Notes: a model not told the origin generated them from the sequence alone. Shown: positions 12,566 to 25,218, counted from the first letter of the stretch. The stretch is DNA of 50,277 bases from Octopus sinensis (GCF_006345805.1 NW_021834499.1:1-50277); one strand, 5' to 3'. Numbers and translations are program-made.

Positions 12566-13747
12566 GATAGAACCCGGATGTATTTGTTGTACTTTCCATC
12601 ACGACTTGTTTATTTATCCATTCGTTCATTCGTTTATTTTATCCATTGTCACTGACCATTCGGTCGCCATAATGAGTCAGTGAATGGCAAACACTTAAGC
12701 AAAAGATTCTTACTCATGTAGTACGTGATTAATTATTTTGTGGAAATGGATTGGTCAATTAGGACATCGGCCGAAATATCCTTTTAATTCTATCTATAAG
12801 TCTCCTTTGTTCAAATCCAGGCTCATCTTTAACATTCATGATTTTGAGATCGATAAAAATGTATTTAACTGATGGATATTCATGTTTTATTTTAAGGCGA
12901 TAACCTGGTAGAATCGTTAGCACTCCGGACGAAGTGCTTCAAATTCCGCTAAGGTCGACTTTACCTTACAGACAAGAGTTGGAAACTCGATTGTTACTAG
13001 GCTTGAAAAACATTCACAAGGCTGAAACAAGACCACAAATTCTAACTTATCTAATGACATATCAGAAAGTTAGAGTCATACATATTCAGTATATAGTGTT
13101 GAAAACCTTCAAGCAAATCAAGAAAGAAAAAGAAATTACCTCTAGGGATGGCTTACAGTTTAAATTCTGCCATAAAATTTAAATAAATACACTGAGATTA
13201 ATTCAGCAAAATTTTGAAAAATAAAGGAAAAATGTAGCCTCGGGCTGGATCGCATTGTATATATTTTCGAAAATATGCAGCAGTTTTATCATACAAGGTT
13301 TATCTCCTTTGGTTATTAATTTTCAACACATTTAGAGAGATTCATAAGCCACAGCTTGCATCAAAATAAATATTAATTAATCGTAGTTATTAATTGACTA
13401 TACTACATATGTGAAAACGTAAACTGATTGCATTCCGTACATGTTAACGTGAATTTACTGTAGAAAGCCAACAAAACTTCGGTTTTCGTTTCGAGAAAGC
13501 ATCTTGTACGGTCTTATCTCAGCAGCGGATTAATTATATCTAGCAGCGGTGGTGGAATTGCTGAAACTAGATTTCTACTCCATATCTTCATATGGGTGTG
13601 TGTGGGTGTGAGTGTGCTGTGTGTGTATTGTATGTGTATGTGTGTGTGTTGTGTATGTATGTGTGCGTGTGTTGTCTGTATATATGTATGTCCGTGTGTA
13701 TATACACAGATAAATTCATATATACACACACACATATATATACATAC

Positions 13748-13781
<34 letters not shown>

Positions 13782-13815
13782 GCATACTTATACATTTATA
13801 TATATGTATATATCA

Positions 13816-13888
<73 letters not shown>

Positions 13889-13923
13889 TATATATATATA
13901 TATATATTATATATATAATATAT

Positions 13924-13997
<74 letters not shown>

Positions 13998-15425
13998 ATA
14001 TGTGTGTGTGTTTGTCCCCTGCTACACAACTTGACAAGCGGTTTCCGTGTGTTTGGCTCCACGTAACTTAGCACTTCGGCAAAATGGGCTGATAGAATAA
14101 GTACCAGGCTTGTTAAAAAGCAAGTAATAGGATCGATTCATTCGACGAAAAATCCTTGAAAGCGGTGCCCCAGCATGGCTGCGGTCTAATGACTGAAACA
14201 TGTAAACACATAAAAGATAGAACCCGGATGTATTTGTTGTACTTTCCATCACGACTTGTTTATTTATCCATTCGTTCATTCGTTTATTTTATCCATTGTC
14301 ACTGACCATTCGGTCGCCATAATGAGTCAGTGAATGGCAAACACTTAAGCAAAAGATTCTTACTCATGTAGTACGTGATTAATTATTTTGTGGAAATGGA
14401 TTGGTCAATTAGGACATCGGCCGAAATATCCTTTTAATTCTATCTATAAGTCTCCTTTGTTCAAATCCAGGCTCATCTTTAACATTCATGATTTTGAGAT
14501 CGATAAAAATGTATTTAACTGATGGATATTCATGTTTTATTTTAAGGCGATAACCTGGTAGAATCGTTAGCACTCCGGACGAAGTGCTTCAAATTCCGCT
14601 AAGGTCGACTTTACCTTACAGACAAGAGTTGGAAACTCGATTGTTACTAGGCTTGAAAAACATTCACAAGGCTGAAACAAGACCACAAATTCTAAACTTA
14701 TCTAATGACATATCAGAAAGTTAGAGTCATACATATTCAGTATATAGTGTTGAAAACCTTCAAGCAAATCAAGAAAGAAAAAGAAATTACCTCTAGGGAT
14801 GGCTTACAGTTTAAATTCTGCCATAAAATTTAAATAAATACACTGAGATTAATTCAGCAAAATTTTGAAAAATAAAGGAAAAATGTAGCCTCGGGCTGGA
14901 TCGCATTGTATATATTTTCGAAAATATGCAGCAGTTTTATCATACAAGGTTTATCTCCTTTGGTTATTAATTTTCAACACATTTAGAGAGATTCATAAGC
15001 CACAGCTTGCATCAAAATAAATATTAATTAATCGTAGTTATTAATTGACTATACTACATATGTGAAAACGTAAACTGATTGCATTCCGTACATGTTAACG
15101 TGAATTTACTGTAGAAAGCCAACAAAACTTCGGTTTTCGTTTCGAGAAAGCATCTTGTACGGTCTTATCTCAGCAGCGGATTAATTATATCTAGCAGCGG
15201 TGGTGGAATTGCTGAAACTAGATTTCTACTCCATATCTTCATATGGGTGTGTGTGGGTGTGAGTGTGCTGTGTGTGTATTGTATGTGTATGTGTGTGTGT
15301 TGTGTATGTATGTGTATGTGTGTGTGTTGTGTATGTATGTGTGCGTGTGTTGTCTGTATATATGTATGTCCGTGTGTATATACACAGATAAATTCATATA
15401 TACACACACACATATATATACATAC

Positions 15426-15461
<36 letters not shown>

Positions 15462-15516
15462 GCATACTTATACATTTATATATATGTATATATCAATATA
15501 TATATATATATATGTA

Positions 15517-15571
<55 letters not shown>

Positions 15572-15640
15572 TATACTTATATACATGTATGTATATATAT
15601 ATATATATATGTGTGTATGTATATATATATATATGCATAT
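12351..15640. repeat. Direct tandem duplication, period 1651 bp, two near-identical copies
   Basis: ttgtcccctgctacacaac at 12361 and 14012; unique sequence is identical apart from a 1-bp homopolymer difference (tctaactt vs tctaaactt) and microsatellite length changes; junctions lie in (TA)n. Confidence 0.95.
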
Positions 15641-16081
15641 GTGTGTGTGTATATATATGTGTACGTGTGTGTGTGTGTGTGTTCTGTGTGCATGTAGGTA
15701 AACTGATAACGAACGAGGTATTCTGAAACGCGCAAAAACAGAAATAAAGGGACGTTTACAGTGTCAAAGGGACGTTTGCAGTGAACAAAATTAGTTTACC
15801 GCTTCTTGAAACTTGCAGGACGTTTCGGATATTGCCATTCGTCGAATATGTAGAAGCAAGTCCAGAAAGGAGGAAAAGGAGGAAAGAAGAGGAGATAGGA
15901 AGGGAGGGGCTGGGGAAAAGTAAGCGGGTAGCTAGATGATCGAAAAATAACTGAACAGAAGCTGGAGAGAAAAAAATGGTGCTTAATTAGTCCCTGTGTG
16001 TAAATGTGTTAATGAATGAATATGCATCTGTCACTGCGTCCTTGTGTGGTTATGAATGTGCCTAGTGTGTGTGTATGTATG

Positions 16082-16137
<56 letters not shown>

Positions 16138-16160
16138 TATATGCATGCATGTATGTATGC

Positions 16161-16202
<42 letters not shown>

Positions 16203-16220
16203 CACATACATATATATATA

Positions 16221-16975
16221 TTGGGTCATCTCATAAATAATTTGCAAAGTTCTTTTTTAATCTAAAATATACTCTCCTTCATTTTTTAGAATACTCTTAC
16301 ATCTATCCGGTAGGCTTACAAGGACTCGCTTCTAAAATTCACTTGTCCATGACGAAAAATACTCCTCCAGTAATGATCTGACCACGTGGAATAAATGATA
16401 ATCAATGTCTGGTGAATATGATGGATGGAGCACCGTTTCCCATTCAAACTGCTCCAGCCTTTGGAATGTCATCATCATTGTATGTGGCCGACCATTATCC
16501 TGGTGGAAGAACATCTTTTGTCTGGAAACCAAATTTAGTCGTTTTCCTTCTAGTGCTGACTTGAATGACTGTTTGAATGAGCAAATCTAAGTTTCTCTGC
16601 TAGTTCCTGAACATTTACCAGGAGATGTTGTTCCACCAGGGTTTACAGGACAATCTCATCGAACTCTACAGATCTTCCAGCACGTCGTCCAGGCTGTAGT
16701 TTCCGGTTCAGAATTTCTGGAACCACCGGTGACACTGGCTTATGATTATTGTCCGTTCTTCATATACTAAATAAATATTCCTCGTATTTTCCGATGCGTT
16801 GTTGCCTTTGTTGAACTTATAATGCAAAATATACCGATTATGCTCCTTTGTAACTTTGAAATTATAACTCAAAATTGAACTGCACTCTTCAATACTTGAG
16901 GTAAGAATAAGTTCAAGGTAAAATTGCTTTCCTGCTTTTATAGCAAGTTGATGCAGATTGTTTATGCAGTCCCCT
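16221..16975 (-). mobile_element. Internally deleted mariner (DD34D-type) element
   Basis: N-terminal HTH remnant KEHNRYILHYKFNKGNNASENTRNIY..YEERTI..SQCHRWFQKF and C-terminal FFHQDNGRPHT...EWETVLHPSYSPDIDYHLF; TIR TA-ttgggtcatctcataaataatttgc at 16221; degenerate partner gcagattgtttatg at ~16953. Confidence 0.88.
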
Positions 16976-18413
16976 TCCGACATTTTGCTCGGATATCTAC
17001 GGACAGCTGATTCGAAACCTCCAGCTTCTATATCCAGACTATGAATTCATATGCATGCCAATAATAATTGAAGCACTAGGTTTTGTTAGTAAATGCCTAA
17101 AAGAAGAATCTGCCTAAACTGGGATTTTCAGAAAGAGGAACTGACCAGCTCATTCGAACATTACAAGCGTAATCTGTGAGTGGAACAGTAAAAATAAGCA
17201 ATACTTTTCTCAAGGTCCAATTGTGAATTTGTCTATGTTAACTACATCCCAAAGCTGGAGCCTTGTCTCCTTGTTGCAAACCGGCTACCTTCTCAATGAA
17301 AGATTTATGATAATTAAAAAAATAGAAGACATACATACATACAAAGGTCAGATGCCGGTATGAATGTATAATCAAAAGTCTTAAGAATAAGGGAACAATT
17401 ATTGAAAATACGGGAATTAAAACTCTAATATCCTGACAATGAATTCTCATTTGTACATACCATCATATTTGCCTTAGGTTATGTACCAGCAAATTGGCAC
17501 ACACAAAAAAACTTGAAATACTCGGTTTCATGGAAAAGGTGCAAAAGAAACTGATGCCGATTGTCCAGACCCAATCTATTAGTGGCACAATTAAGATTTG
17601 TAAGACATTCCAAAAATTCTCCATCTGAGATACTTATGCGAATACATGCATACATTTGGGTGCATGCATCGACAGCTCAAGCAACCTACCAACTCAACCA
17701 CATGCTTACAAACACCGAAGGAATGTTCTTAAATCAAAAAATCTTTTTTAGAGACCAGTTTGAAATCTTTCAGGAAGAACTTAAATTAAAAGCATAAAAA
17801 ACTCATACATACATACTTGTATGCATATACGAACATACAGACAGGCAAGCAGATAAATGCAGAACTGGAAGTACAATTACTGGAGCATTTGATTATGTTT
17901 GTAAATGTTTAATTGGCAATCTGGAAAAGCTGGGAATTTTAGGCAAAACCCTGGTCACTGAACATCACCTTTATCGAAAACAATCTCGAGTAAGGATGGC
18001 AAAAAGCGAAAGATTCTTTAAAAATTTAGCAGACAAATATTTCGATTGTTGTTATCAAAATTTCCATAAACAAGAAATTTGGTTCTTTCTCAGAAACCAG
18101 GAACTTTTTCTTTTTTCGAGGAACGAATTGAAATAATTAAAGACGATAACATGTATTCCAACATACGTACGATGAAAAACATGTTATATTCGTGTGTACG
18201 TACACGCAAACATACACGCATTCACACAGACATACAAACTGATAAACAAACAGACAGACAGGGGCAGAATCAGACAGTTCTGGATAAATGGATTCGGTGA
18301 TAGGTTGATTTATTGACTAACCGTTATGGTCTGGTGGAAGATACAGAAACATATAGATAGACGGCTTTGCAAGTGTGTGTGAGTGTGCGTGTATCTATCT
18401 ATCTATCAATCCT

Positions 18414-18465
<52 letters not shown>

Positions 18466-19768
18466 TGCGCGCGTAGATACGCCTATATATTGTTTGACAG
18501 ATACACAGACCGTAGTATGTGTGTATGGGTGTGCATTTATGGGTGTATAGGTGCGGAGGGTGTATGTCATAGCTATCAGTCTATATACACGTATATACAT
18601 AAGTTTCTCTCTCTCACTCTTAATCTCTCTCTTTCTCCAACCCACTCTCTCGCTTTTTCTACACACAAGCACAGTAAACAATGGTAGAAAGGAAAAAGAT
18701 GTAGAGAGATGAAGTCCATAAGAGCCAATATAACCTAGACTTGAGTCATTGCTTCACAGCATCTTAGTTAAAAATGTTCTCCATAGAACATTAATCACAA
18801 GATTATTCTTCTGAATCAACGTCTGTCTTCGAGTTAGATCGTCTGTCTTCAGCCACACAAATTCCTTCATTTCTTACGCTAACTTCACCATGCCGACATC
18901 GGATTCGCTGTTTCTCTTCACTTCTTTACTTCTCAACATACTCACACACGCATACCCACATGTGTGTACGTATGTATATATGTACGTATGTATGCATGTA
19001 TGTATGTATGTATGTATGTGTATGTATGTATGTATGTATGTATGTATGGATGGATGTACGTATGTATGCTTGTTTGAGTGTGTGTGTGTGTGGTGTGTGT
19101 GTGTGTACATATGTATGCAGAGACTGAGGTCGTGCTGGAACACAGCCTTGAAGAATGTTAGTCGAACGAATCACCCCAACACTTACTGCTTTTTGGTACT
19201 TACTCAATCGGTCTCTCTATTACGAGAACATAAACATCCCCTCGCCGGTTAGAAAGATGTGGTGGGGTATAAGCACAGACACAAAGACACACACGTATAT
19301 ATATATACATATATATAAGTACAGTGTACATATAAACACATAAGAGGTGTCCGTCAGAGAATTCCTTCCACGCAAGAAGGAACTGCTAAATCCAAACCAC
19401 TCTAAGGGATAAACACCGAAGGGAATTAAAACATTTACCATCTATCTTTTGGGCCACAGTTTCAGAAATTTTTTGGCAAATAAAATAATTTCCTAGGCGA
19501 AGTCTTCTTCAGCGGGTACGCCTAGATTAAAGATATAAGTACGAAGCAAGCCAACATGCGCCCTGTTCTTATACAGTATAGTTTTTCAAATATTCTAGCG
19601 TGCAAGGAATGCTATGACGGATACCTCTTATGTGTTTAAATGTACAGTATATTTATATGAATAATATAAAGTCTATTGACTAACTTTTTACACGTTAGGC
19701 AACTGGTAGTAGAAATTTCTAAAACTTCTTAATTACCCTGATATTAATTAATTATATATATATATATA

Positions 19769-19889
<121 letters not shown>

Positions 19890-19984
19890 CAGACAGATAG
19901 ATAGATAGATGATAGATAGATAGATATAGATAGATAGATAGGATAGATAGATATACATATATATGCATATAAATATATATATAT

Positions 19985-20027
<43 letters not shown>

Positions 20028-20293
20028 TACATATATATGCATATTAAATATATATATATATATATATATGTTTATATTTATATGTACAGTTGAAAAGGGA
20101 TTAATATTCCATAGAAATGAAAAATTGTGGTAAAAAAGTATAAAAAGTTGATAAAGGTACAGAAGTATATTATAGAAAATATTTAATATTTTTGTTCCTG
20201 CGTAAGATTCAAAATATAACCGATTTCGATGGATCCAAAGGAAGTAAAAGATAAAAAAAATGATGGTTTAACACCTTGTACACATGATTTAAT

Positions 20294-20335
<42 letters not shown>

Positions 20336-20416
20336 GTATGTAGAAAAATACAACATGGACAAGAACGTATAACTCATAGAAGACGACAATAAACATGGAC
20401 AGGACATTCGAACCCC

Positions 20417-20487
20417 TCAGTCTTCAGTCAAGAACCGGATCATCGTAGTAATTTCGGCTGATTAATCTTGAGATTACTAGATCACGG
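20417..20487 (-). ncRNA. Candidate permuted hammerhead-like ribozyme, copy 1
   Basis: CCG(U)GAUC-UAGUAAU-C-UCAAGA-uuaaucagcc-GAA-AUUACUA-cgau-GAUCCGG-u-UCUUGA-CUGAAGA-cuga; all three helices covary with the 35064-35130 homolog. Confidence 0.5.
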
Positions 20488-21201
20488 CCAGCCCTCCAAG
20501 AAAACTAAGCTGGAAGCGTAGATTTCCTGGAAGAAGGATCGAATGCATACGAACACCAGGACAGCAAAAGGGACAGATATAAAAAAAACAAAAAACAATA
20601 ATGGAATACAGAAACATGAAATACAGAAGCATTAACGGTGAAAACAACAAGTGTCTTACGACTGATAACAAGCAAACAAATTTTTTTTTCTCTGACGCAT
20701 TGGAAAAAGCCTTTATAGCGGCGGACGGAGAACAACGATGTTAACACGACGAGGGTCAGGAGCTGAAAGGCAGATTTCGGCCAACAGTCACGTGACAGAG
20801 AAGAGGGAAAAGAAAAGAAAGAGAGAGAGAGAAAAGGGGGACAAAACGCAACAAAGAGAGAGAAGAGAGAGAAAGAAGGAATCAGAGAGGAGAGAAGAAG
20901 GGATGGGTGTCGAAGAATGACCTGTGAGTGCAGAGCGAGACAAAGAAATAGGAGGGTAGTGGAAGACTAGACCAAAGGATCAGAGGAAAGAGAAGATGAA
21001 TAGAGAGCAAGTAAAAATGAGAGAGAGAGAGAGACAAACAGAGAGTCGTACCAATTATTAAGAATATGTGTTCACATTAATGATAAAGGGGTACGGGGCG
21101 CCTGGAATATATGTTAAGGTATGTAGAAAAATACAACATGGACAAGAACGTATAACTCATAGAAGACGATACAATAAACATGGACAGGACATTCGAACCC
21201 C

Positions 21202-21272
21202 TCAGTCTTCAGTCAAGAACCGGATCATCGTAGTAATTTCGGCTGATTAATCTTGAGATTACTAGATCACGG
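21202..21272 (-). ncRNA. Candidate permuted hammerhead-like ribozyme, copy 2
   Basis: Identical motif sequence to copy 1. Confidence 0.5.
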
Positions 21273-21982
21273 CCAGCCCTCCAAGAAAAACTAAGCTGGA
21301 AGCGTAGATTTCCTGGAAGAAGGATCGAATGCATACGAACACCAGGACAGCAAAAGGGACAGATATAAAAAAACAAAAAACAATAATGGAATACAGAACA
21401 TGAAATACAGAAGCATTAACGGTGAAAACAACAAGTGTCTTACGACTGATAACAAGCAAACAAATTTTTTTTTCTCTGACGCATTGGAAAAAGCCTTTAT
21501 AGCGGCGGACGGAGAACACGATGTTAACACGACGAGGGTCAGGAGCTGAAAGCAGATTTCGCCAACAGTCACGTGACAGAGAAGAGGGAAAAGAAAAGAA
21601 AGAGAGAGAGAGAAAAGGGGGACAAAACGCAACAAAGAGAGAGAAGAGAGAGAAAGAAGGAATCAGAGAGGAGAGAAGAAGGGATGGGTGTCGAAGAATG
21701 ACCTGTGAGTGCAGAGCGAGACAAAGAAATAGGAGGGTAGTGGAAGACTAGACCAAAGGATCAGAGGAAAGAGAAGATGAATAGAGAGCAAGTAAAAATG
21801 AGAGAGAGAGAGAGACAAACAGAGAGTCGTACCAATTATTAAGAATATGTGTTCACATTAATGATAAAGGGGTACGGGGCGCCTGGAATATATGTTAAGG
21901 TATGTAGAAAAATACAACATGGACAAGAACGTATAACTCATAGAAGACGATACAATAAACATGGACAGGACATTCGAACCCC

Positions 21983-22053
21983 TCAGTCTTCAGTCAAGAA
22001 CCGGATCATCGTAGTAATTTCGGCTGATTAATCTTGAGATTACTAGATCACGG
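21983..22053 (-). ncRNA. Candidate permuted hammerhead-like ribozyme, copy 3
   Basis: Identical motif sequence to copy 1. Confidence 0.5.
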
Positions 22054-22407
22054 CCAGCCCTCCAAGAAAAACTAAGCTGGAAGCGTAGATTTCCTGGAAG
22101 AAGGATCGAATGCATACGAACACCAGGACAGCAAAAGGGACAGATATAAAAAAAACAAAAAACAATAATGGAATACAGAAACATGAAATACAGAAGCATT
22201 AACGGTGAAAACAACAAGTGTCTTACGACTGATAACAAGCAAACACATTTTTTCTCTGGCGCATTGGAAAAAGCCTTTATAGCGGCGGACGGAGAACAAC
22301 GATGTTAACACGACGAGGGTTAGGAGCTGAAAGGCAGATTTCGGCCAACAGTCACGTGACAGAGAAGAGGGAAAAGAAAAGAAATATATATATATATATA
22401 TATATAT

Positions 22408-22621
22408 GGAGGCGCAATGGCCTAGTGGTTAGGGCAGCGGACTTGCGGCCGGAGGATCACGGTTTCGATTCCCAGACCGGGCGTTGTGTGTGTTTATTGA
22501 GCGAAAAAACACCTAAAAGCTCCACGAGGCTCCGGCAGGAGGTGGTGATCCCTGCTGTACTCTTTCACCACTCTAAAAGGCGGTGCTCCAGCATGGCCGC
22601 AGTCAATGACTGAAACAAGTA

Positions 22622-22622
<1 letters not shown>
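22408..22622 (+). mobile_element. tRNA-derived SINE family B head joined to the family A-type 3' tail
   Basis: A box tggcctagtgg, B box ggtttcgattcc, tRNA-like head, then aaggcggtgctccagcatggccgcagtcaatgactgaaacaag; flanked by (TA)n. Confidence 0.85.
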
Positions 22623-22676
<54 letters not shown>

Positions 22677-23210
22677 TATATAAATACAGTAAAAAAGGAT
22701 ACCGATAGAATCAGGTACTTGCGAAGATATGTACGTGGTAGGGGTGGAGAAAAAGGCGATTCCGGCCTATGGCTGGTAAATATCGAATAGGTTATTCCGG
22801 CTGTGTACTCAGAGAAAACCAACTCTATGAGTATTTACTGTGTCAGGTCTCGAAGTGACCACAACGTTTACATGAGATGTAGTGTCTTCGTCGAAAACCC
22901 AAACCACCAACTGCTCAAGGAACTGAAACCACGATCTTGCGTACGTGAATGCAACAGCCTAACTACCCCGCCATTCGTCCTAGCACACACACACACAAAC
23001 ACACACATATTAACACACACACACATACACACGCACATACACACACATACACACACACACACGCGCACAAACACACACGCGCGCACAGGCATGTGCACAC
23101 ACACATACGCGCAAGCACGCACACACACATAATACACACATTCATACATATATATATATATATATGTGTGTGTGTGTATGTTATATAATGTATACATGCA
23201 CTATACATAG

Positions 23211-23241
<31 letters not shown>

Positions 23242-23469
23242 TCATAGATATATTAACATAGATGAATATATTTATAGTTATGTGAGTCGTTATGTGTGTA
23301 CATATGTGTATATATATATGTACCTGTTTGTATGTGTGTGTGTGTGTGTGTCTGTGTGTGTGTATTCCAACACTCACAAACTCACAAACCTACTTAACCA
23401 TCTTTATCTCTTTAGATTTCCTACCAACATATTTCATCTTCCACTAGCATTATTGCGTCCCCCACCACC

Positions 23470-23501
<32 letters not shown>

Positions 23502-23791
23502 CAGTAACAACAGCAACAACAATTCTACCACCTCCACCGTCACCGCCGCCACCACCGCCAACAGACTATAATATTATAACATTTCTTTTCATTTTATCCT
23601 TTCAATTTTTTTCTTTCACTTCATTCCGCCATGTTGCTAATAACCGCTTCTATCACTGATACCTCTCTAACATATCCCGTTTCTTTGTATACGTGCGCGC
23701 GCGCGTATGTGTGTTTGTGTGTATGTGTGTGTGTGTTTGTGTGTGTGTTTGTTTGTGTGTGCGTGTGTCCGTGTGTGTGTGTATGTGTGTG

Positions 23792-23826
<35 letters not shown>

Positions 23827-24069
23827 GTCATAACTATTTGAACCTTAGTACTACACTTCTGTAATACACTCGAGACGTAACCATTCTTGGCATCTGTAGA
23901 ATAACAGCTATCGGAAGGAGATGAGATGCAACGCGAAGGTTTTGCGTTGGAATGATATATGTGTTTCTTATAATTACGTGGAAATGTAAACTACAGTTGC
24001 GAAAATCATATATATATAGACGTTGAGAGGGACGACCATACATACATGAATACATACATACATATATAC

Positions 24070-24102
<33 letters not shown>

Positions 24103-24229
24103 CATACATATATAGATTCATACATACATATGTACATACATACATTCGTAAATATATACATATATACATACATACATATATGCACACATATATATATGTA
24201 TTTATATGGGTGTGTGTATATCTTTCTTT

Positions 24230-24625
24230 TACCTTTTATCGTTTACGTCTTTCAGTCATTTAACTGCGGTCATGCTGGAGCACTGCCTTTAGGTGAACAA
24301 ATCGACCCTAGGAACTATTTTTTAAGCCTGGTACTTACTCTATCGGTTCCATTAGCCGAGCCACCAGATTGCAGGGACATAAACACACCAACACCGGTTG
24401 CCAAGTGGTGGCGGGTGGGGAGACACACGCACAGGCACACACGCAGACACAGACACACACATACAGATACATATATACGCCGGGCTTCTTTCAGTCCCCG
24501 TCTAAGAAATCCACTTACAAGGCTTTGGTCGGCCCGCGGCTTTAGTAGCAGACACCCGCCAAAATGCCACGCAATGGGACTGAACTAGGAACCAAGTGGC
24601 TGGGAAACAAGCTTCTTACCACGGA
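24230..24625 (-). mobile_element. SINE family A, diverged near-full copy
   Basis: tttcagtcatttaactgcggtcatgctggagcac...gggactgaactaggaacc..., colinear with the next copy. Confidence 0.85.
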
Positions 24626-24803
24626 ATCATTCTTAACAAACAACCATTTTTACAACACAGTCAGTGAACAATATATTGTTCACAGAAGTGAACAATATAT
24701 TGTTTTACAACAATAATCAGTAAAGGGTTCGATCACTTCGACTATGTATTCTTAAAGGCGAACAGCCCCAGAAATGATCGTCTTTTGCAGCCCCATTAAG
24801 GTA

Positions 24804-25218
24804 CTCTCTTTTAACTCTTTTACTTGTTTCAGTCATTTGACTGCGGCCATGCTGGAGCACCGCCTTTAGTCGAGCAAATCGACCCCAGGACTTATTCTTT
24901 GTAAGCCCAGTACTTATTCTATCGGTCTCTTTTGCCGAACTGCTAAGTGACGGAGACGTAAACACACCAGCATCGGTTGTCAAGCAATGCTAGGGGGACA
25001 AACACAGACACACAAGCACATATACACACACATATATATATATCTATATACATATATACGACAGGCTTCTTTCAGTTTCCGTCTACCAAATCCACTCACA
25101 AGGCATTGGTCGGCCCGGGGCTATAGCAGAAGACACTTGCCCAAGATGCCACGCAGTGGGACTGAACCCGGAACCATGTGGTTGGTTAGCAAGCTACTTA
25201 CCACACAGCCACTCCTGC
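24804..25218 (-). mobile_element. SINE family A, full-length young copy
   Basis: Near-identical reverse complement of 37812-38200 from tail (ctcttttacttgtttcagtc) to head (cacacagccactcctgcg). Confidence 0.95.

Larger units (their letters stand above)
20333..22384 (-). mobile_element. Head-to-tail array of a ~782-bp non-coding unit (2.6 copies) flanked by (TA)n; retrozyme-like or Penelope terminal-repeat-like
   Basis: Unit starts aaggtatgtagaaaaatacaac at 20333, 21116, 21897; no credible ORF; each unit carries the structured motif below. The tandem array is seen directly; the element class is inference. Confidence 0.7.

Noticed and set aside
13514-13592. Short minus-strand peptide [25 protein letters not shown] in both duplicated copies
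   Set aside because: Identity between copies is explained by the duplication; no homology or splice evidence.
17540-17800. Zinc-finger-like words (SSSNL...H...H) and 78-aa ORF
   Set aside because: Cys/His spacing does not fit C2H2 and the frames contain stops.
20401-20490. HDV-like, twister or pistol fold for the structured motif (prompted by hairpin-CGAAU and CC/GG)
   Set aside because: No P2 partner for GUCCUG, no 3-bp P3 with 7-nt L3, and no twister or pistol consensus on either strand; the hammerhead core fits better.
20333-22384. Protein-coding ORFs repeated in the tandem unit (e.g. MFTLMIKGYG..., MLSVVRHLL...)
   Set aside because: Short, frames differ between copies through indels, and there is no domain similarity.
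22408-22485. tRNA gene
   Set aside because: A and B boxes are present, but no complete cloverleaf or acceptor stem is evident and it runs directly into a SINE body and tail.
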